Assembly: GCA_964634875.1 (NCBI GenBank)
Contig: CAZWKA010000001.1
Coordinates: 101,600 to 165,599 of the forward strand
Direction of reading: 5' to 3'
Source of the DNA: an uncultured Gammaproteobacteria bacterium
GTDB taxonomy: Bacteria; Patescibacteriota; Patescibacteriia; Magasanikbacterales; GWA2-37-8
DNA length: 64,000 nucleotides
Part shown: positions 9,287-19,473 of the stretch, one piece after another
How positions within the stretch are numbered: position 1 is the first letter of the stretch
How the letters are laid out: each line of letters begins with the position of its first letter
The notes under the pieces: generated by a model
Databases searched by the model: none
What the model saw: the letters and a program-made list of their open reading frames with translations, nothing else
What the model was told of the DNA's origin: nothing
Translations under genes and position numbers: made by a program

Positions 9287-10132
9287 TTACTGCAGCAGAT
9301 TTTTAAATTCTGAAACTTTGATAATTTTTTTAGTTTTGACGTTAAAGGCGAGGAGTATGTCTATAGGTTTTTTATTTGCTGTTTCGGCATCACTGCCAAA
9401 GTAGTCTGCCCGGGCTGAAAAATATAGTGTTGCGAGTGTTGTATCGACTCCGGCAAATTCGAGGGCGTTAACATGGTACTGTTCAGGAAGATTGGGGAGG
9501 TAGGCAATAGCCGTGCCAAGCATGATCGCTTTATTTTTTTGGTCATAAGAAATACGCGAGATAGCGCGGGCGGCATCGGTGATAATGAGCGCTGCATCAC
9601 TGGTCTGGTAACTCGTTTCAACTGACAGGGCAGTTGCAGCTGTTGTGTCAATATAGTGGAGCTCTCGTTTCGCAAATTCTGTTAGGCCATTAAGCGGTTT
9701 GATGCTAAGAACCGAAATACTCGGTAGGCTCGTGGTAGAAAAAAAAGGTGCCGAAAGTGCCGCGTTCCAGCTGAGGTAAGCGTCAATACGTTTGGAGGGT
9801 TTGTCGGTTGTATCAATATTGAGTTCGTGGGTGTAGGTAGGTTCAACGCGTAAAGCAGTCGTTTGATTGATTGGGTAGCTGACCAGTTTGTCGTTCCCGG
9901 GGCTGCAAAAACTACCGGCGCCTGGTGTGTCATCGGTGGCGAGGTTATTTTTGAGCCGCAAGGTATCGAGTGCCAATTTTTGCGCGGCAAATTCTTTTTG
10001 GTAGAGCGCGTAATTTTCCTGAAGCGCTGTTTCGAACAAGCTGTGCTCCAAATTGTAGACCACTGCTCCACTCACAACTGCGGTGATGAGCATGGAGGCG
10101 AGAAGTGCAGAACCGCGTATGTGTTTATGCAT
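9287..10132 (-). CDS. Hypothetical membrane-anchored protein
   Basis: N-terminal TM; co-directional and adjacent to the similarly organised 8358-9278 gene. Confidence 0.7.
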   Translation of the reverse strand: MHKHIRGSALLASMLITAVVSGAVVYNLEHSLFETALQENYALYQKEFAAQKLALDTLRLKNNLATDDTPGAGSFCSPGNDKLVSYPINQTTALRVEPTYTHELNIDTTDKPSKRIDAYLSWNAALSAPFFSTTSLPSISVLSIKPLNGLTEFAKRELHYIDTTAATALSVETSYQTSDAALIITDAARAISRISYDQKNKAIMLGTAIAYLPNLPEQYHVNALEFAGVDTTLATLYFSARADYFGSDAETANKKPIDILLAFNVKTKKIIKVSEFKNLLQ

Positions 10133-10145
10133 AAGACTTTAGTTT

Positions 10146-10267
10146 TGTCATTGCGAGGAGTGAGGAACAAACGACGTGGCAATCCCCTCGTTTAAAAGTA
10201 GTATTTATTAAAAAAGACTTCTTAGATTCAAGAGGATTGCTTCGTCGCTCCTCTCCTCGCATGGACA
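10146..10267. repeat. Palindromic TGTCATTGCGAG...CTCGCAATGACA-type intergenic element
   Basis: Terminal inverted repeat with internal GCAATC/GATTGC; related copies at 32991, 36552 and 62851. Confidence 0.8.
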
Positions 10268-10272
10268 AAAAT

Positions 10273-10761
10273 TTAATAATGATATTTTCGTCCGTCCGCA
10301 ATCATCATAGCACGATACAGTTGCTCGAGCAAAAATACCCGCGCCATCTGGTGGGTGAAGGTAAGGTTTGAAAGTGAGAGAGCAAATCCGCCGGGCCGTT
10401 TGCCGATGCCGAGGATTGTGTCATCAAGCCCGAGGGGTCCGCCAATAATGACCGTGAGGGCATGGAACTCTTCTCGCCAGGTGGTGACGAGGGTCGAGAG
10501 TTGTACTGAGTTCATGGGACGCCCACGGCCGTCGAGCACGAGTACGAAGGTATCCTTGATTTTGTTAAGCACCCCGACTATCTTGTCGGCTTCGCGCGCT
10601 TTGACGAGTTCGACCGGGTCTTTTTCATTAAAACTTTCTTCTTTAATTTCATGGATGACAACTTCCGCCCAAGGCGTGAGGCGTTTCAGGTATTCGGCTT
10701 CGGCTTCTTGCCAGTATGATTCTTTGAGGCGGCCGACAACGATAAGGTGGAGTGTAGTCAT
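10273..10761 (-). CDS. rlmH: 23S rRNA m3Psi1915 methyltransferase
   Basis: IIGGPLG, LSLSNLTFTHQMARVFLLEQLYRA and C-terminal YH. Confidence 0.96.
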   Translation of the reverse strand: MTTLHLIVVGRLKESYWQEAEAEYLKRLTPWAEVVIHEIKEESFNEKDPVELVKAREADKIVGVLNKIKDTFVLVLDGRGRPMNSVQLSTLVTTWREEFHALTVIIGGPLGLDDTILGIGKRPGGFALSLSNLTFTHQMARVFLLEQLYRAMMIADGRKYHY

Positions 10762-10877
10762 AGTGCCACTAGATTACTGGATTTTGAGAACTTCAGCAAG
10801 CGCTTTGGTTCAGCAAAGATGTTGTAAAAAGAGGTTCAAAATGCTACTATGCGAGTACTCATTATTAAACAAGGACT

Positions 10878-13235
10878 ATGAGCGATCGATTTGGTGCTTT
10901 TCGCGCTGCCCAGGAACAGCAGGAAGCGCAGCATGGCAATAAGTATGCAAAATGGGCCAAGGAAGCCTATCCGGCCAAAAAAAAAGCTGCGGGCGGACAT
11001 GGTCACGACCATGGCCCTGGAGCCGGTAAGCATGACAAGCACGGTGATCACGGACACGATGCTCATGGGCCAAAAAAAGAAAAGCCGTTCATCAAATTTG
11101 AATATGAGAAAGCCCTGGGGACAGCTCCTTTTATCGCTTTTGCCGAAAAATTTATTACCGAGAACAGCCTTGATAGGGAAGTGTTGCTGAAAGACAAGCA
11201 TGAGCTCGCGCAAATCTGGGATCGTTGGCAAACTGCCGACCGAGCGGCTGCAACCATGAAAGATTTTTATAACAACCTTTTGCGACATGATTTGGAAATA
11301 CACACCAAAGATGAAGCTGAAATACAGGCTGCACTGGCAGGAATCGAAGCGTATGTTAACAAGAAAGCCCTTGTTGTTGAACGTGACCCTAGTCGCGGCT
11401 CCGCACGTGAGGCTATCCGTAAAGCAGGTCTGAAAGCGAAAGAAAAGCTTGCTGTTCTCAAACGCGTGCTCCTCTTACCTGAAGTTGAAGGTTATGCATT
11501 GCTTGAAAAAGAAGAAATGGCTGATGAGTTTGCGCCTACCGGAGCAATAGATGTTAGCTACCTTGAGAACATAGAAAAACCAAGGTTGCAATTGATAATT
11601 GATCAAAATGATTTGAGAAAAAAACGCGAAGACCTGCTGCAAAAATTGGGCACCAAGAAAAGCGCTGGTACGATCCGCACCGGTCGGCATATAGTCCAGG
11701 CTGAAAAAGATACTGATCCGGAAATTGTGGCTGCTCGGATCGACCTTATGAATGTTGAGCGGGAAATGGGCGAAAAAGGAATCCCCATTGAAGATCCAAC
11801 CGCCGACGGTCTCGAAGAGATCGCTCAGAAGCTCAAAGATATTAAAGAATTCGAGAGCCATGAAGCCCAGATTAAAAAAACCAGCAAAACGCTGAAACAA
11901 GAAGCTGAAAGTTGGCGCTGGGGAGGGGATGACGAAAAAATGATTAAAAATGCTTCGGAACGTCTCCAAAAATTAGAAGCTATTTTAAATTCAAATAGTA
12001 AAAAGGAACAGGTTCAAATTATTAATGAGCTCAGCCTTCGCCATCGGTATATTAAAGGGCCGGGTATTTTTAATGCCCTTGCCCTTATTGATAAGGTAGA
12101 TTTGAATATCCTTAAAGATGATATCAACCGGCTGCGGGCGGGTATTAGCCAAGAAAAACCCGTCAAGAAGTATCAGGAACAAGCCGCCAGGATTTTAGAT
12201 AGTGCTGGAGAACCTGATCCGGCCAAAGACCGCGCTCGTGAACTCGAGCGTATTGAAAAAGAGCGTCCGGCACTGCAGCTTGCAGAAATTAAAGCTTTGG
12301 GGCTTGAAGGCCGTTATCTCGACTCATCTGGCGCTATTAAAGACGATGTTCTTCGCAACGACGTCAGCTTTAGCGTCCAGACGCTCGACAAGCGTAAAGC
12401 TATGGCTCGCGCTATAAAAGAAAACCTGCTCGCTTTTAAGGATGCGGGTCAATCAGTCCTCGAGGCGGCCCGTGAAACGGTAAAAAAGAATGTAGAATGG
12501 CTGGTGGCTGAAGAAGGGAATATCGAGACAGAAAAAAGTGAGTTGCAGGAAGACGTAGATGCCTGGGAGCGTGAGTTGCCGGAGCACTCCAAAGCCTTAG
12601 CCCAAGACGAGGCTGAATTCAAAAGCCGCAAAGAGGCTTTTGTTATTGCTGAGGATACTTATAAAAAAGATTTGAAAGCACTGAAGGATAAGCCGCCTAA
12701 AGATGCTGCGACCGTTGATGCCGAACGTAGCCGTTTAGAAGGAGAAAAAGTCCGTCTGACTGGAGAAGAAAGAGACATCCAAGACCTGGAGTCAAGGACA
12801 AAGCGACTCAAGAAAGACCTGGAAGATGTGTCGCGGGAGTTTGCAGAGCGTGAAAAAAAATTGGCTGAGAAAGTTCGACGTTCTGAGGAGATACTACTAC
12901 ATTACCGCAAAGCCAAAGATTCAATCCTGGGGTACGATGAGCCGATTAAGGCCGACAGTGCTTTAAAAGACGCGGCAGACAAGCTTGAACAACGGCATAA
13001 AGACCGTCATATGGCTGAAGTAAAAAGTAAGGCTGATACAGTGGTGGCGCTTTTCGCCGATGCCAGTATCAAATATGATGATGTCAAAAAGCGGATAGCT
13101 GCTGCCAAGTTTTCTCTAGACGAAATCAGAGGGGTGCTGAGAAAAAAAATTCAGGAACGCATTGATGCTGACCCGAAACTGCCACTTGATCGGATGGGTT
13201 TGGCAAAAAAATTACTTAAAGAATTGGCTAAATAA
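10878..13235 (+). CDS. Large coiled-coil hypothetical protein with His/Gly-rich N-terminus
   Basis: 785 aa, K/E-rich heptads, GGHGHDHGPGAGKHDKHGDHGHDAHG segment. Confidence 0.8.
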   Translation: MSDRFGAFRAAQEQQEAQHGNKYAKWAKEAYPAKKKAAGGHGHDHGPGAGKHDKHGDHGHDAHGPKKEKPFIKFEYEKALGTAPFIAFAEKFITENSLDREVLLKDKHELAQIWDRWQTADRAAATMKDFYNNLLRHDLEIHTKDEAEIQAALAGIEAYVNKKALVVERDPSRGSAREAIRKAGLKAKEKLAVLKRVLLLPEVEGYALLEKEEMADEFAPTGAIDVSYLENIEKPRLQLIIDQNDLRKKREDLLQKLGTKKSAGTIRTGRHIVQAEKDTDPEIVAARIDLMNVEREMGEKGIPIEDPTADGLEEIAQKLKDIKEFESHEAQIKKTSKTLKQEAESWRWGGDDEKMIKNASERLQKLEAILNSNSKKEQVQIINELSLRHRYIKGPGIFNALALIDKVDLNILKDDINRLRAGISQEKPVKKYQEQAARILDSAGEPDPAKDRARELERIEKERPALQLAEIKALGLEGRYLDSSGAIKDDVLRNDVSFSVQTLDKRKAMARAIKENLLAFKDAGQSVLEAARETVKKNVEWLVAEEGNIETEKSELQEDVDAWERELPEHSKALAQDEAEFKSRKEAFVIAEDTYKKDLKALKDKPPKDAATVDAERSRLEGEKVRLTGEERDIQDLESRTKRLKKDLEDVSREFAEREKKLAEKVRRSEEILLHYRKAKDSILGYDEPIKADSALKDAADKLEQRHKDRHMAEVKSKADTVVALFADASIKYDDVKKRIAAAKFSLDEIRGVLRKKIQERIDADPKLPLDRMGLAKKLLKELAK

Positions 13236-13237
13236 GT

Positions 13238-13525
13238 ATGGTTACCGCTGCTGAACTTGAAACCCTGGTAGCCCAAGAGCGCTGGGAGGAAGCGCTCGCG
13301 AGTCTGGAGGAGTCACTCCGTAGTAGTTTGACCCCGGAAGAACACACGGCTGCTGCAGTTGAGTTGGCGCTGTTGTATGTGAAAATTGATAATGCGTTAA
13401 CCGGCAAGTATCTTGAAAAAACAGCTGAAATCGATGAGCTTCTCAAACAGATTGATGTCCGAGAAGCGGAAATAAACAATGAAGAATCAATCGCTAAGAT
13501 TAAAGACCATATTGATAACCTTTAA
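13238..13525 (+). CDS. Hypothetical helical protein
   Basis: 95 aa, starts 2 bp after the upstream stop. Confidence 0.7.
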   Translation: MVTAAELETLVAQERWEEALASLEESLRSSLTPEEHTAAAVELALLYVKIDNALTGKYLEKTAEIDELLKQIDVREAEINNEESIAKIKDHIDNL

Positions 13526-13542
13526 ATAAAAGAGCTGGGAAA

Positions 13543-14763
13543 TTATTCCCAGCTCTTTTTAAATTCGAGAAAACAATCGTTTTTAATTGCTGCCCGGGTC
13601 TGTTCCATGAGCTTGAGGAGGAAGCTCAGGTTGTGGATGCTCGCCAAGCGCAGTGCTGTCAGTTCGTCGGCGTCAAAGAGGTGGTGCAGGTAACTGCGCG
13701 TATAGTTTTGGCAGGTCGAACAGGCGCAATCCTGATCAATTGGTTTTGTGTCTGTTTTGAATGAACCATTTTTAATATTCAATCGATGTTTTTTGCTGCT
13801 GTCTTTGGTGTAGAGCATGCCGTGGCGGGCGAGGCGGGTGGGGGCTACGCAGTCAAACATGTCCACACCGTGTTCAACCGCAACGAGCAGGTCAAAAGGC
13901 GAAAGGCCGACTCCCATCGCATAATGCGGCTTATCTTCGGGGATAAGCGGGAAAACCCAGTCCAAAATTTTGGCCGTTGCTTCCATATTGTAGCCAATTG
14001 ATTCGCCGCCAATAGCAATGCCATCAAATGGGAGGCTGGCAATAAATCTGGCTGATTCCTCGCGCAGACCCTGGTGAAGCGCGCCTTGGATAATCCCGAA
14101 CAAAAATTGGCGGTAGCCGTGGTGACGGGTATTTTTCTGATGTTCATCAATACAGCGTTTGGCCCAAGCATGGGTGCGAGCAAGTGCGGTCTGCGCATAT
14201 TTTTCGTCGGCATCATCCGGCGTACATTCGTCAAACGCCATGATGATATCTGCCCCAATTTTATGCTGGGTAACAATTGCGCTTTCGGGTGTAAAACGGT
14301 GTTTAGAGCCGTCGATGTGCGACGTAAAAGTTACGCCGTCGTCATCGATTGAGACCAGCTTGCCCTGACTTTCGGTTTTAGATTGCTCTGGGGTTGATTT
14401 ATTTTCCCCTGAAGTAAAGGTGCCCTGGCCAGCTTTTTTTTCTTTTTGTAATCCAAGACTAAACACCTGGAATCCGCCGCTGTCGGTGAGGATGGGTTTA
14501 TCCCAGTGCATGAATTTGTGGAGGCCACCTTGAGTATCGAGCAGATCTTCGCCAGGTCGAAGGTGAAGGTGGTAGGTGTTGCCGAGGATGATTTGGGCGT
14601 CAATGTTTTTTAAATCGGTTTGGTCAAGCGTTTTGACGGTCCCCTGGGTTCCAACCGGCATAAAAATCGGCGTTTCAATGTCGCCGTGGTCAGTATGCAT
14701 GATACCGGTTCGTGCCTTCGTGGCGTTGTCTTTGTGGATAATTTCGAAAAATGGTTTTTCCAT
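13543..14763 (-). CDS. tgt: tRNA-guanine(34) transglycosylase
   Basis: TPIFMPVGT, LTDSGGFQ, DMFDCV, CxCxxC..H zinc site. Confidence 0.97.
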   Translation of the reverse strand: MEKPFFEIIHKDNATKARTGIMHTDHGDIETPIFMPVGTQGTVKTLDQTDLKNIDAQIILGNTYHLHLRPGEDLLDTQGGLHKFMHWDKPILTDSGGFQVFSLGLQKEKKAGQGTFTSGENKSTPEQSKTESQGKLVSIDDDGVTFTSHIDGSKHRFTPESAIVTQHKIGADIIMAFDECTPDDADEKYAQTALARTHAWAKRCIDEHQKNTRHHGYRQFLFGIIQGALHQGLREESARFIASLPFDGIAIGGESIGYNMEATAKILDWVFPLIPEDKPHYAMGVGLSPFDLLVAVEHGVDMFDCVAPTRLARHGMLYTKDSSKKHRLNIKNGSFKTDTKPIDQDCACSTCQNYTRSYLHHLFDADELTALRLASIHNLSFLLKLMEQTRAAIKNDCFLEFKKSWE

Positions 14764-14840
14764 ATGGTAGAGATACTAAACTATCTTGCCGCTTGGCGCA
14801 AGGCGTGGTATTTTATGACGACTATTCTTATTTTGATGGT

Positions 14841-15554
14841 ATGTCTGAACGCGAAATGTCTTATGAAGAATTAATGGAGGCAATTAAAGATCAGCCCGAA
14901 CCAATCAAGCAACACTCCGCCGAAGCGCAGCGTATCGAAACTGACCCAAACCTGCGTATTGTCGCAACCTACGGATCCGGTGAAAAGGTAGAACGTTTTG
15001 GTGTTGTTCTCGACGAAAACGGTCGCAGCAATCTCAAAAATGAAGCAGCTAAAGAAGCCTTTGATAAAGGCTGGATACGATTTACCGATACGCCCGAAGG
15101 ACGCCGGGTTGGTCTGACCAAAAAGGGGAGTCATTATTTAAATGAGCTAGCGGAAGATGAGGCGGGGCAGTTGCGTTCCCTCGATATTGACCCACGCGCC
15201 CATGTTGAAGTCCGTACGCGTTTAATAGAAGCGATTAAAGATCCGGTTCAGCGTATTTTGAATACGTTTACGGCTCGTTATAAAACATATTTAAGAGACC
15301 AGTACGGCCTTGAGTTTGAGGTGGAGGAAGAGCTCGAAGAAGGAAGGTGTCGAGTGTATCTTATGAATGTTCGAAATGGCGGTAAAAATAGCCGCTCAGT
15401 CCAAGAGGATTTTGTTATCCCGTGCCAGAGCGATCGTGTTTTTAAGCAAGCCTGCACCCTCCTACACGACCGTGTTGTTGATCGCTATAATGTGCTCGAT
15501 AAAAATTTTCCGACAAAAAGAGAAGAAAAAAATGAGGAAGATAAAGTTGCTTAA
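14841..15554 (+). CDS. Hypothetical protein
   Basis: Long ORF; ATG at 14841 chosen to avoid overlap with tgt. Confidence 0.7.
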   Translation: MSEREMSYEELMEAIKDQPEPIKQHSAEAQRIETDPNLRIVATYGSGEKVERFGVVLDENGRSNLKNEAAKEAFDKGWIRFTDTPEGRRVGLTKKGSHYLNELAEDEAGQLRSLDIDPRAHVEVRTRLIEAIKDPVQRILNTFTARYKTYLRDQYGLEFEVEEELEEGRCRVYLMNVRNGGKNSRSVQEDFVIPCQSDRVFKQACTLLHDRVVDRYNVLDKNFPTKREEKNEEDKVA

Positions 15555-15559
15555 ATACA

Positions 15560-17581
15560 ATGATTAATTTTGCTCACGAACTTAATGATGAACAGCTCCG
15601 TGTTGTCGAAGCAGGCGATGGCCCATGTTTAGTGTTGGCCGGAGCGGGTAGTGGCAAGACCCGTACGATTACGTACCGGGTAGCCTACCTCCTCGAAAAA
15701 GGAATCCATCCATCACAAATTTTACTTGTTACGTTTACCAACAAAGCTGCCCGTGAAATGAATGAGCGTCTGCACGTGCTCACGGGTGCAAAGTTGCCGT
15801 GGTCTGGAACGTTCCACCATATTGCGTACCGGCTTTTAAAAATCCACGCTGTTCAGCTCGGGTACAAGAATAATTTTAGCGTTCTTGATAGCGATGACAG
15901 TAACGCGATCATCAAGACCTGTGTTAAAAATGTTAAACAGGTAAGCAAAAAATTTCCGTCGGCGAATGTGCTCCATTCGATTTTGAGTTACGCCAAAAAT
16001 ACGGAACTTGCCCTGGAAGAGGTGCTTGAATTGAAATATCCATCATGGCTCGCGCTTGCAGAAGACATTCAAAATGTCGGGCGGGAGTATGAGCAAAAAA
16101 AGAAAGAGGGGAATGCGATGGATTTTGATGATCTGCTCTATAACGCAGCGATACTTTTAAACCACCCTGAAACGCGGCAAAGGTATGCGGAGCAGTTCAA
16201 GTATATTTTAGTTGATGAATACCAGGATACGAACAAGTTGCAGGCGTCGCTGATTAATCGTTTCGCCTCGGTACACCGTAATTTATTGGTAGTAGGGGAT
16301 GATGCGCAGAGTATTTATTCGTTCCGCGGGGCCGATATTAATAATATTTTGGAATTTGAACAAGACTACCCGCAGGCAAAAATTTTTAAATTAGAAACCA
16401 ACTACCGTTCGGTGGCACCGATTCTTGAACTCGCTAACCAAGTGATTGCCAATAATACCAAGCAGTATAAAAAAGAACTCCGTACCATCAAAAACGAAGG
16501 TGACCGGCCTGAGCTCCGGCCGCATGTTGACCAGGGGTCGGAAGCCAGTTTTGTGGTGAAAAAAATAAGTGAGCTGCTGGATACAGGGACATCACCAAAA
16601 GAAATCGCCGTGCTCTTCCGCGCTTCGCACCATTCACAGCGCCTGGAACTGGAATTATCGCGGGCTGGTATTGTGTATGAATACCGCGGTGGTTTGCGTT
16701 TTTTTGAGCGTGCGCATATCAAGGATGTGCTTTCGTATTTGCGTGTTATTGATAACCCCGTTGATACAGCGGCGTGGCTCCGTATATTACTCCGCGAAGA
16801 TGGTATTGGCCCTTCGGCAGCAGACAAATTGATTGCTGCTATTCGCCAGCTTGATTCCTTGGATAACCTGGAAGGATTAGGTGTAAGTATCCTCAGTAGT
16901 AAGGCGTTAGTTGGTTGGAATAATTTTATGAGTATTTGGAAAGCGTTAACGCTGTTGCCTGAAAAAGATCCAAGCATCATGATCGAAGCGCTTTTAAAAT
17001 CGCCGTATCGCGAGTATGTCGAGACGGAATTTATTGATAGCCGCGATCGGCTAGCAGATATCGAAGAGCTCAAATCGTTTGCCGAAAAATACGACGACCT
17101 GAATACTTTTTTGTCCGAAACAACACTGCAGGAGTCTTTTACCATTGCCACTGGCGCATCAGTACAAACGACCGACCCAAAAGATAAAATTGTTCTATCA
17201 ACTATTCATCAAGCCAAAGGGTTGGAATGGGAATATGTTTTTATCGTAAATCTTGCCCGTGGCGCATTTCCGAATGATCGCTCGCTTCAGGAAGAACATG
17301 GACTCGAAGAAGAGCGCCGGTTATTCTATGTGGCAATCACCCGTGCGAAACAAAAATTATTTTTGACGTATCCCTTGGCGAGCGGCAGTTACGGAGATTT
17401 TTTGGCTGGCCCAAGTTTGCTCTTAGAAGAAGTGAATCCAGAGCTCTACGACGACCACGCACTGCTTTCCGTAAATACAACTGTTTTGAATGACCCTACC
17501 AGCGACATTCGGTATGTTTCTGAAGACGAGGAATTTAAAATAAAACCAGGTAGTTTTTTGCGTGATCTTGATGATTTATAA
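15560..17581 (+). CDS. UvrD/PcrA/Rep family ATP-dependent helicase
   Basis: AGAGSGKT, DEYQDTN, VGDDAQSIY, TIHQAKGLEW and EERRLFYVA motifs. Confidence 0.96.
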   Translation: MINFAHELNDEQLRVVEAGDGPCLVLAGAGSGKTRTITYRVAYLLEKGIHPSQILLVTFTNKAAREMNERLHVLTGAKLPWSGTFHHIAYRLLKIHAVQLGYKNNFSVLDSDDSNAIIKTCVKNVKQVSKKFPSANVLHSILSYAKNTELALEEVLELKYPSWLALAEDIQNVGREYEQKKKEGNAMDFDDLLYNAAILLNHPETRQRYAEQFKYILVDEYQDTNKLQASLINRFASVHRNLLVVGDDAQSIYSFRGADINNILEFEQDYPQAKIFKLETNYRSVAPILELANQVIANNTKQYKKELRTIKNEGDRPELRPHVDQGSEASFVVKKISELLDTGTSPKEIAVLFRASHHSQRLELELSRAGIVYEYRGGLRFFERAHIKDVLSYLRVIDNPVDTAAWLRILLREDGIGPSAADKLIAAIRQLDSLDNLEGLGVSILSSKALVGWNNFMSIWKALTLLPEKDPSIMIEALLKSPYREYVETEFIDSRDRLADIEELKSFAEKYDDLNTFLSETTLQESFTIATGASVQTTDPKDKIVLSTIHQAKGLEWEYVFIVNLARGAFPNDRSLQEEHGLEEERRLFYVAITRAKQKLFLTYPLASGSYGDFLAGPSLLLEEVNPELYDDHALLSVNTTVLNDPTSDIRYVSEDEEFKIKPGSFLRDLDDL

Positions 17582-17650
17582 ATAGTAGTGCTGGCGAACG
17601 AATGTCGGGCTTTGCGCTGGAAAAAATATATTTTTAGTTTTAGTACCTAT

Positions 17651-17683
17651 AAAAATAATCCCGAAACTCGGGATTATTTTTTT
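17651..17683. terminator. Bidirectional intrinsic terminator
   Basis: aaaataatcccga-aac-tcgggattatttt. Confidence 0.75.
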
Positions 17684-17757
17684 CTTCTGTTTACCACGTA
17701 GGTGATCTGCAGAATGAAGTCTCGGACGTCTGGCGGGGTGCCAGACGTCCGGTGGTG

Positions 17758-18147
17758 TTATCTGAGCCGCTCAGCGCCGAAGCGCTCGCGGTGCTTCAGC
17801 TCGCTGAGCCAGCTGAAGCCGTAGAGCCCCAAGCCGACCGCGGCCAGGCCGAGGCAGGGTAGCATGAGGCGGCTTTCGAAAATGCTGCCGGCCAGCACGT
17901 TCATGAGCGTCAAAAAGCCGATCACGATCACGCACGCGAGATCGTACAGATCGAAGTGGTTCCGATCGATGCGCGTTGCCTGGGTGAGCTTCAGGCACGC
18001 GAGAAGTACGGTGCTGAGGAGCTGGACTCCCGCCAGCAACTGGAACTCCGGGGTGGTGAGGCCGCCAGTGGCAATCAGCGCCCCGATCGTGAGCGAGGCG
18101 AAAATACTGGCCTTGGCGGACGTTTCGGCTATAGTGTGCTTGAACAT
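17758..18147 (-). CDS. GC-rich four-TM hypothetical membrane protein
   Basis: GGGAGG SD before ATG 18147; promoter TTGACA(18271-18266)-17-TAGGGT(18248-18243). Confidence 0.7.
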   Translation of the reverse strand: MFKHTIAETSAKASIFASLTIGALIATGGLTTPEFQLLAGVQLLSTVLLACLKLTQATRIDRNHFDLYDLACVIVIGFLTLMNVLAGSIFESRLMLPCLGLAAVGLGLYGFSWLSELKHRERFGAERLR

Positions 18148-18595
18148 TGTTGTGATCCTCCCCAAAAAATGTGGTTTTCTAGCTGAAAAGAGAGTTTTTA
18201 ACTACCTTTTTAGCTAGAAAACAAGGTAAAGAACAACGAAACACCCTAGCACATTTTGAAGGTTTTGTCAAGACTCGGTTGCGTTGTTTTAGCCAAAAAA
18301 GCTATTTAGTAGACCTGCTTAAAATTGAACACGAAATGTTGTTGACAAAAATGAAAAAAACAGGTATTGTATTAATCTTCCTGAAATTCAAATATTGAAC
18401 ACTAAGGAAGCATCGTTCATTACATTAGAGAAGAAGAGCAGAAGTTAGGCAAATTTCCTGAAACAGTCAGAGAAAAAATGTACGGTATGGGCAGAATAAT
18501 CTGTCTATACCTATTGGGTACATTGGTTTTTTATCTGTTTCAGGATTCGGCTCTCGCAAGAGCTAACGCCCGTTATCATCTGTGGAGGGACTTTG

Positions 18596-18787
18596 ATGCA
18601 CAGCCAGACCAGCTATTTTGCTGATATCTTCGGGACGCGCCAGAACAACGAGCGGTTGCGGCAGCAGACCTGGAGCCAGCCTTCGTGCTGCGCCGCCTGC
18701 TGCGGGCCGTCCACCTACAAGGTGGGGCACGCGCTCCTCGGCTTGGCGCTCTCACACGCCCCGCTTCTCTTCCTTCTCTTCGCCTAG
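18596..18787 (+). CDS. Small hypothetical protein with CCAACC motif and hydrophobic C-terminus
   Basis: GGAGG at 18584-18588; G/C-biased third codon positions; upstream promoter 18342-18370. Confidence 0.55.
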   Translation: MHSQTSYFADIFGTRQNNERLRQQTWSQPSCCAACCGPSTYKVGHALLGLALSHAPLLFLLFA

Positions 18788-18987
18788 GCGGCTTAGTCGC
18801 CTCCCGCCCGCCGCGTCTCTCGCCGCGGGCCGACCTTCATGTATCATTCTTGTTTTGAATGCTCCGTGCCGGGCGCTTCATCTTTCGGGATGGAGCGTTT
18901 TTTTAAACAAAAACCCCTGCTATCCTCATCGCTTAACCAGTGTTAAGAAATGGGGAAAGGGCAGGGGTTGGTGTGGGAAGGGCGGCG

Positions 18988-19281
18988 TCAGAACGGGCAG
19001 ACGTGCGCTGCTTGGTCAATCGTATAGATCGGGCTGCCGCCATAGCGGGTAATAAGCGGGCCGGTGATCGCCTTCCGCTCCAGCAGCTCCAGCAGTTGCA
19101 GGGTGCCATCGATGTCGATGCGGCCACCTGTGGCCACCATGATGACGAGCCCGTTGTTGAGGTGGCCGAACAATTGCCGCATCTCCTCGATAACAGCGGG
19201 CGTTCTCCGTTTTTGCTCCGAGAACATGGTAATGAGCACGAGCGTGCTGAAGCTGCCAATACCGGTGTTTTCAGGCGTCAC
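18988..19281 (-). CDS. GC-rich hypothetical protein
   Basis: GGAG SD plus GTG at 19281; G/C-biased third positions in this frame. Confidence 0.55.
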   Translation of the reverse strand: MTPENTGIGSFSTLVLITMFSEQKRRTPAVIEEMRQLFGHLNNGLVIMVATGGRIDIDGTLQLLELLERKAITGPLITRYGGSPIYTIDQAAHVCPF

Positions 19282-19473
19282 AGTATCTCCGAGGTAAAGG
19301 GTGGTGGGGCTGCTCTGGTATCTGGTGTCTAGAATAAAAAAGCATCCCCACCGTTTTGAATACGATCTCAAAACAAAGTACTTTACGCTAAAAGTCTATT
19401 CTTGTCAAACCTAAAAGGTTTTTTGACAAATTTTTTTGTTAGTTCCATTATACGAACTAATAGGGAGACGACA

